Virus record (IMG/VR): IMGVR_UViG_3300028624_000003
Coordinates: 1 to 64,000 of that record
Length of the DNA: 64,000 bases
Reading direction: 5' to 3' (one strand)
Origin: a virus
Lineage: Duplodnaviria; Caudoviricetes
Positions 59,212-64,000 of the stretch are shown in pieces; the stretch's first letter is position 1; each line of letters opens with the position of its first letter. The position numbers were made by a program, and so were the translations under genes. The notes below the pieces were generated by a model that was not told where the DNA came from, searched no databases, and saw only the letters and a list, made by a program, of their open reading frames with translations.

Positions 59212-60483
59212 ATGTGTGCACAACAGCTTCGTACTGGATTCATGTCAATACCTGAGGTAAACACACCTATCTCAGTAGAGCTGATAAACAAAATTGACAA
59301 CTACTGCAGATATTTCGAGACCAGAGGTGAGAACGGTCTTGCTTTGAATACCCCATATCTTGGGGTTCATCAGATTTCTTTTACCAGATTCGATCGTGAT
59401 CTCTTTTACGCTGCAGTAGAAGTAGAAGAACCCGTAATCAAAGCGGTGATCAGAAAAGTAGACTACATCAGTCCCTCCTGGAATGTCCTAGGGGATCCGA
59501 TGAACCATCTGATCATTTATCTGGCTCACAGAACTATCACATCAAAACTCACTGCAGCTGAAATAGATAAGGGTCTGTTAGCTCTGTTCAAGATACTGCA
59601 CTACAAATTGTTCACATCACTTCTATTCAAGCGATTTGAACATGGTGCAAATCCTGACATCATGGAAGCTGTAGTAAACAGTTTGTCGAAGAAATTCGAC
59701 CTCATTGCTTACAAGACATGGAAAGGTGTAATCGAGGCACGCAGCCGTGCTGTATTTGATGCAGGGTCCGACGTAGACAAGGATGCATTGCACTTGACTA
59801 CTCTGCAGAACTATGACGACGACAAGAAGATCTGTTATGTCATCAGCGATATACAGACCAGACTCAGAAACAAGATTAATCTGATCACTGAACAGTATTA
59901 CAAATTCAAGGAGTCCGGGGATCGTATCGCATCTTACGGACACGTGGACACTATCGACGGTGAAAAGGTTATTGCAGATTCGTCCAACGTCATGGACTCA
60001 ATGCTCAGTTCCATGCTCGTCGAATGTCAGAACCCATCGAGGTTCATAGAGAATGAACTCATCCAAGTACTGAGCACGAAGTTTCAGTATGTCAACGAAG
60101 ACGCGATGAGATCAATACTCATACGGTTTGCTGAGCTCGGATCAGTCCAAGCGCAGTCTGGTGAACTGCAGAAAGTGGTCAAACCGCGCGGACAAGATGA
60201 GTACTACGTGGGGGTAGGTATTCTCGTGAGAGAGCTTCTCCAGAAAACGTACCGTCTCTGTCAGCTGGATAAAGTGAACATGAATTCGAAAGGTGCAATC
60301 CTTACAAAGGTAATGAACATCTATACGAGTTCACGTATCACTGACGATAACGTCATTAAGATCAAACGGAGTTTCTACAACTTTGTTTTGACATGTGGTG
60401 AATCTCGTCGAGAATCCACTAACGCATCACTCGCAATCGCCATGATTCTGTACATCATGATTCGATCGTTCCGATACCTTTAG
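59212..60483 (+). CDS. jumbo-phage protein of unknown function (probably virion structural)
   Basis: ~423-aa helical ORF, GGAG RBS, TATG cores upstream. Confidence 0.7.
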   Translation: MCAQQLRTGFMSIPEVNTPISVELINKIDNYCRYFETRGENGLALNTPYLGVHQISFTRFDRDLFYAAVEVEEPVIKAVIRKVDYISPSWNVLGDPMNHLIIYLAHRTITSKLTAAEIDKGLLALFKILHYKLFTSLLFKRFEHGANPDIMEAVVNSLSKKFDLIAYKTWKGVIEARSRAVFDAGSDVDKDALHLTTLQNYDDDKKICYVISDIQTRLRNKINLITEQYYKFKESGDRIASYGHVDTIDGEKVIADSSNVMDSMLSSMLVECQNPSRFIENELIQVLSTKFQYVNEDAMRSILIRFAELGSVQAQSGELQKVVKPRGQDEYYVGVGILVRELLQKTYRLCQLDKVNMNSKGAILTKVMNIYTSSRITDDNVIKIKRSFYNFVLTCGESRRESTNASLAIAMILYIMIRSFRYL

Positions 60484-60517
60484 AAAGAAACTGAGAGGGT
60501 CGCAGGATCCTCTCAGT

Positions 60518-61000
60518 GTGGGGAAAGTTGTGTGCAAAATAGTATTTTTGGATATTGATGGAGTGCTCCTCACATTCCGTCCTGAACGGTATTTCGATGA
60601 GGATTGCTACACCTATAACACGGATATTCTCGAGATCTTTATCAAGATGCTGGAAGAAACCGACGCTGAGCTAGTTCTAATCAGTGTCATTGCATCTCAC
60701 CCAAATCCGTTTGATTGGATCAGGAAGAGTGATTCCGCACTGGCGTACAGATTACGGGCTAGACTACATCCAGTATGGAAGATCGATGATGTAACAGTAC
60801 ACAGAGGAGCAAGTATCGGTAGATGGTTGAAGTGGAATGAGATCTCTCCGAAGAAAGCCGTAGTCATAGACGACTCGATACATGGACACGATCCTGACCA
60901 GTACGGATATCACTTCATAAAGTGCACAACAGAGTACGGTATGGGGTTTCATCAACTGGATGATCTGTACATGTGCCTCAAACAAAAAGATTCAGAGTAG
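60518..61000 (+). CDS. HAD-superfamily phosphatase (Swiss-Army-knife RNA-repair type)
   Basis: FLDIDGVL motif I, LVLIS, VVIDD motif IV. Confidence 0.8.
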   Translation: MGKVVCKIVFLDIDGVLLTFRPERYFDEDCYTYNTDILEIFIKMLEETDAELVLISVIASHPNPFDWIRKSDSALAYRLRARLHPVWKIDDVTVHRGASIGRWLKWNEISPKKAVVIDDSIHGHDPDQYGYHFIKCTTEYGMGFHQLDDLYMCLKQKDSE

Positions 61001-61034
61001 AGCAGATAGGGAGTCTCGCGACTCCCTATCTGTT

Positions 61035-61439
61035 TTATTTTTCTTCAGGTTCTTCCACATCAGGAAGCGGATCGAGTGTAAATTGGACCACAAGGATGTC
61101 GGGCTCTCCTGTGATCAGTGCCTTGAGTACTCGATGGTGGCCATCCATGATTCTCCCATCTTCTCCGAGGATGATGGGGTACTGAAGATCTGCAGCCATC
61201 GCTACACGAGCGTGGTATGCAATCTCAAGATAATCACCTTTACCTACCGTGGGGAACTTCGACTTCAGCTCGATCGCTCTTAAGTCTTTGATAGGAAGAC
61301 GGAATCTTGGTAGATCTGCAGACAGTGAGATCAGATTGTCCACGTACCACGATTTTCCTTCGTAGGTATGTCTCTGTCTTGATGTCTCTGCAGGCTCGAA
61401 ATTTTCCGGATCTTCCATGAGTCGTTGAATATGTTTCAC
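61035..61439 (-). CDS. ParB/Srx N-terminal-like domain protein
   Basis: ADLQYPIIL..GRIMDGHHRVLKA. Confidence 0.75.
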   Translation of the reverse strand: MKHIQRLMEDPENFEPAETSRQRHTYEGKSWYVDNLISLSADLPRFRLPIKDLRAIELKSKFPTVGKGDYLEIAYHARVAMAADLQYPIILGEDGRIMDGHHRVLKALITGEPDILVVQFTLDPLPDVEEPEEK

Positions 61440-61448
61440 TGTAGACTC

Positions 61449-62273
61449 CTATACTGCGTCCATGATTCTGGCACGACGTCTTTCAGGATCGAGTATGGTA
61501 CTGGCACCATTGAAAGCTCGCATGAGGTCGTTGTAACGATCTTCCTGGTCTGCATACGACTCACATATGCGCTTCATCTCGCCGAGCTGCTGACCACCTT
61601 CAAGAAATGCCAGTTCGGTTTTGATGATCAGTGTGTTATAGATGTACGACTTTACCGCACATGTCACGAGGTCTACGAGAGGCATTATTGCTTGCTCGTT
61701 GATGTTCGTGAATTCTTCGTCATACCCCAGCCGACACTCCAGTATCCAGTCTACATTCTGCAGCTGAGAAATGTTGTTGGGACTGAGCTGTACCAAGTTC
61801 CCAGAACGGAGTATCGGCGTAGGAAGTTCCATCACTCCTGAGTAGGTATGTGAACCCAAAATCTGTGAATTGAGTGCGTCCATGGTGGTACCAGAGAGTA
61901 CACTACCTGGGCCTCCCGATGGAGCTTGCAATCCGTCGTACAGTGCATACGGAAACCGCAACCCTAGTACTTTGGTAATTGGCTGATGCTCTCGTGCTTC
62001 CGGTGGTACACGATAAAGACTGAAGGTCATACTGTTTCCCCAGATAAAGGGAGATGGGGTGGATGATGGTTCTACCCATCCACTCTTCAGTACAATATCC
62101 TTACGTCGTCCACCCATCAGATTGCAGTCTTCCAATACTCGAGGAATGATCACCTCGTTGAGTATGGCGTCTGTCAATTTCATATTGGGACCGACAGGAA
62201 ATGCTTTCAATAGAATCTGTTCGGGGATAGAGTAGGTGATCTTTCTCATACACGCTTCAATTGCATTATGCAT
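61449..62273 (-). CDS. virion structural protein (putative)
   Basis: 274 aa with a GGAGG RBS; NAI...I...IP..IL..AF N-terminus resembles phiKZ-like structural proteins. Confidence 0.6.
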   Translation of the reverse strand: MHNAIEACMRKITYSIPEQILLKAFPVGPNMKLTDAILNEVIIPRVLEDCNLMGGRRKDIVLKSGWVEPSSTPSPFIWGNSMTFSLYRVPPEAREHQPITKVLGLRFPYALYDGLQAPSGGPGSVLSGTTMDALNSQILGSHTYSGVMELPTPILRSGNLVQLSPNNISQLQNVDWILECRLGYDEEFTNINEQAIMPLVDLVTCAVKSYIYNTLIIKTELAFLEGGQQLGEMKRICESYADQEDRYNDLMRAFNGASTILDPERRRARIMDAV

Positions 62274-62340
62274 CGTATTCCTCCAATGCAGTAGGTTCTA
62301 TAGGATTGACCCTTATCTGTAAATCCGTCAACATTTCGAG

Positions 62341-62358
62341 TATACATTACAAACGTGA
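62341..62358 (+). promoter_or_regulatory. phiKZ-type early promoter preceding a non-coding unit
   Basis: TATACATTAC-AAACG-TGA. Confidence 0.7.
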
Positions 62359-63369
62359 TAGGATGTATCAATTTGTTGGCAGTAAAATTGTACATGCTGT
62401 GCTAATGGTGTGCGCAAACTGCCAAGCATGCATGAGTCCTCTCTGACGACCATGCTGGTGGCTGAGACTCCTACATCTCAGCCATCTACTATAGTTCAGG
62501 CTGGTTCCCGCTATCCACGTCCAAGTCCCTAGCGCACATCAGCGCTTTGACGCCGGCGGTATTATCGTCCTTAACACGGAAATGAATATTGACCGATGAC
62601 GTGCTCGGCTATCGCCACGGCCGGGAACCAGTCTGACATGACCGGACCAGTGTCTTAACCAGTTAATCCACCTTGCGTCATGGCGTGTCTCCTTAAACCC
62701 CCTACCACGCAACAAATTCTACTAGATCACGTACAGAGATATCTCTCCCCTCTGTATATCGCAATCGCAACCGCACTGCGTGAGACGCGATCATTGGTGA
62801 CCTAGTGACAGGTGAAATTCCTGTCCTCGATAACGTCGGCAAAATGCGGACATAAATCGATGAGAATGGGATAAACGTCCACGGTTGCACAGAGACGCTG
62901 GTCCGGTCAAACTTTAGTGGTTTATCCTGGTACTCGCTGCCGCCCTCGCACTCCCCACAAGGAGCACCCGTAAAGGGATTCGGCCGCAGCCTTGCCAGGT
63001 TTGTGAGATGCCCAGCCAAGCGAGCACATCGCTCCATTCTTGGCGATATTAACCCAGATTGTGTAGCACAGGACCGCGAAGCGGTGTCCATGATCGTAGA
63101 CACTTCCATCGACTACATCATGGCGGATTATCCGTTTGAACCGATTTCGTTAGCCTACAGAGAAATGGTTGGCGAGTCGACAACATCGTCGTTCGCAGTG
63201 TCGAATGTCCGCGTCGATCAGCAGCTCGGTGAAGCCGGGCGTTAGCTCCGGCGGGACAATTCGGCTATGGGGGAATAATTTTAGATGGATTACCCCGTAG
63301 TCTACGCACTACCCGGACGAAATAATGGGCCTTCTAGGACCGGGAGCATGCCAGCTCCCGGTCCATTTT
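62358..63369 (+). ncRNA. candidate ~1-kb highly structured non-coding RNA
   Basis: No credible ORF; 15- and 17-bp long-range helices; many hairpins; mismatches resolve as G-U on the + strand; bounded by a promoter and a terminator. Confidence 0.75.
63337..63369 (+). terminator. intrinsic terminator
   Basis: GGACCGGGAGC/GCTCCCGGTCC 11-bp stem followed by ATTTT. Confidence 0.8.
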
Positions 63370-63415
63370 CCTAGCCTTATGTTCTTTTAAATTTTTGACA
63401 GCAGAGGAATATGAG

Positions 63416-63697
63416 ATGAACCGTATCGACGACACGTTTCTTACATTTCCTGAATTCGTGAAGCACATGAAAAAATTGGAAGGAGTCGACATCATCGACT
63501 ACATACCTGAAGAATTCGTGACTGACATTCATGTCATGCAACTATTCCCCAGATACAAAGAACCGTACTCTGTACGGAACCCCAACAAAACCATAGAAGA
63601 TATGATAAGAGATCGAGTGATTCCTGTAGTAGTAGCATTTGTGCACCTACCTAAGACACACTACGTAATGTTTTCTGAGCTTACAGGAACTGCGTAA
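63416..63697 (+). CDS. hypothetical protein
   Basis: GAGGA RBS; 93 aa. Confidence 0.65.
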   Translation: MNRIDDTFLTFPEFVKHMKKLEGVDIIDYIPEEFVTDIHVMQLFPRYKEPYSVRNPNKTIEDMIRDRVIPVVVAFVHLPKTHYVMFSELTGTA

Positions 63698-63716
63698 TAA
63701 AAAGGAGTTGGGTTAA

Positions 63717-64000
63717 ATGAGCAATGACGATTACTTGAACGACATCATGATGGCAGGAGTACATGCACGCGAAGACTATGTCATATCGCAGCTCAAAAAA
63801 GGCAAACCTGTAAACCATGCAGAAATGCGTCGTCGTGGAGTTAGTGCAAGTGAACGTGCTGCCACTTTCGGACTGACCCCTCAGGCACTTACCCAGCTTC
63901 TGACTCTTCCTGGAATGGGAAGGATGGAAATGAACCGACTCAACATGAAGATACAAGAATTTCTTGATCAAGATCCCCCTGTCTCGAATGACGTCTCACC
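63717..64000 (+). CDS. hypothetical protein (partial, runs off the window)
   Basis: AAGGAG RBS; frame MSNDDYLNDIMMAG... stays open to the window end. Confidence 0.65.
   Translation, partial: MSNDDYLNDIMMAGVHAREDYVISQLKKGKPVNHAEMRRRGVSASERAATFGLTPQALTQLLTLPGMGRMEMNRLNMKIQEFLDQDPPVSNDVS

Noticed and set aside
62702-63245. 135-aa (-) and 80-aa (+) ORFs inside the large structured region
   Set aside because: No convincing RBS, atypical composition, and better explained by GC-rich RNA helices.
63105-63305. Group I intron interpretation (GACTAC/GTAGTC resembling P7)
   Set aside because: No canonical J8/7 or P4/P6 elements, no interrupted host gene, and both segments already have local pairing partners.
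1-64000. Genome-wide TAG recoding (genetic code 15)
   Set aside because: Core genes are intact in code 11, and many end in TAG directly before hairpins or the next RBS (13049, 21857, 37251).
1-64000. CRISPR arrays, tRNAs, introns/inteins in polymerase, terminase or gyrase, DGR/retron
   Set aside because: No regularly spaced repeats, cloverleafs, intein motifs or reverse transcriptase seen by eye.

Overview
This window is part of a phiKZ-related jumbo myophage genome. It encodes a split family-B DNA polymerase, four fragments of the multisubunit phage RNA polymerases, GyrB/GyrA-type topoisomerase subunits, NAD-dependent ligase, RNase HI, ThyX and a MYG1-family nuclease. Virion and lysis genes include tail sheath and tube, a probable portal, prohead protease, terminase, and a tail-fibre/lysis block. 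Transcription signals are readable by eye. A phiKZ-type early promoter (ATAYATTAC-N5-TGA) occurs 7 times, TATG late-promoter cores follow many hairpins, and long near-perfect hairpins separate most genes. The most striking unexplained feature is a ~1 kb region at 62.36-63.37 kb with no credible ORF and dense base-pairing. It has its own early promoter and terminator, so it is a candidate large structured ncRNA, and it lacks the hallmarks of tmRNA, RNase P or group I/II introns. Other candidates: a ~280-nt structured RNA between gyrB and gyrA, a ~130-nt rod upstream of the ligase, a hairpin-rich element present twice 47 kb apart (54 bp identical core), a eukaryote-type thrombospondin-1-repeat protein with a frameshifted paralog, and an apparently active/inactive ClpP pair. 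phiKZ gp numbers are assigned from remembered motifs, sizes and synteny; no database search was run.
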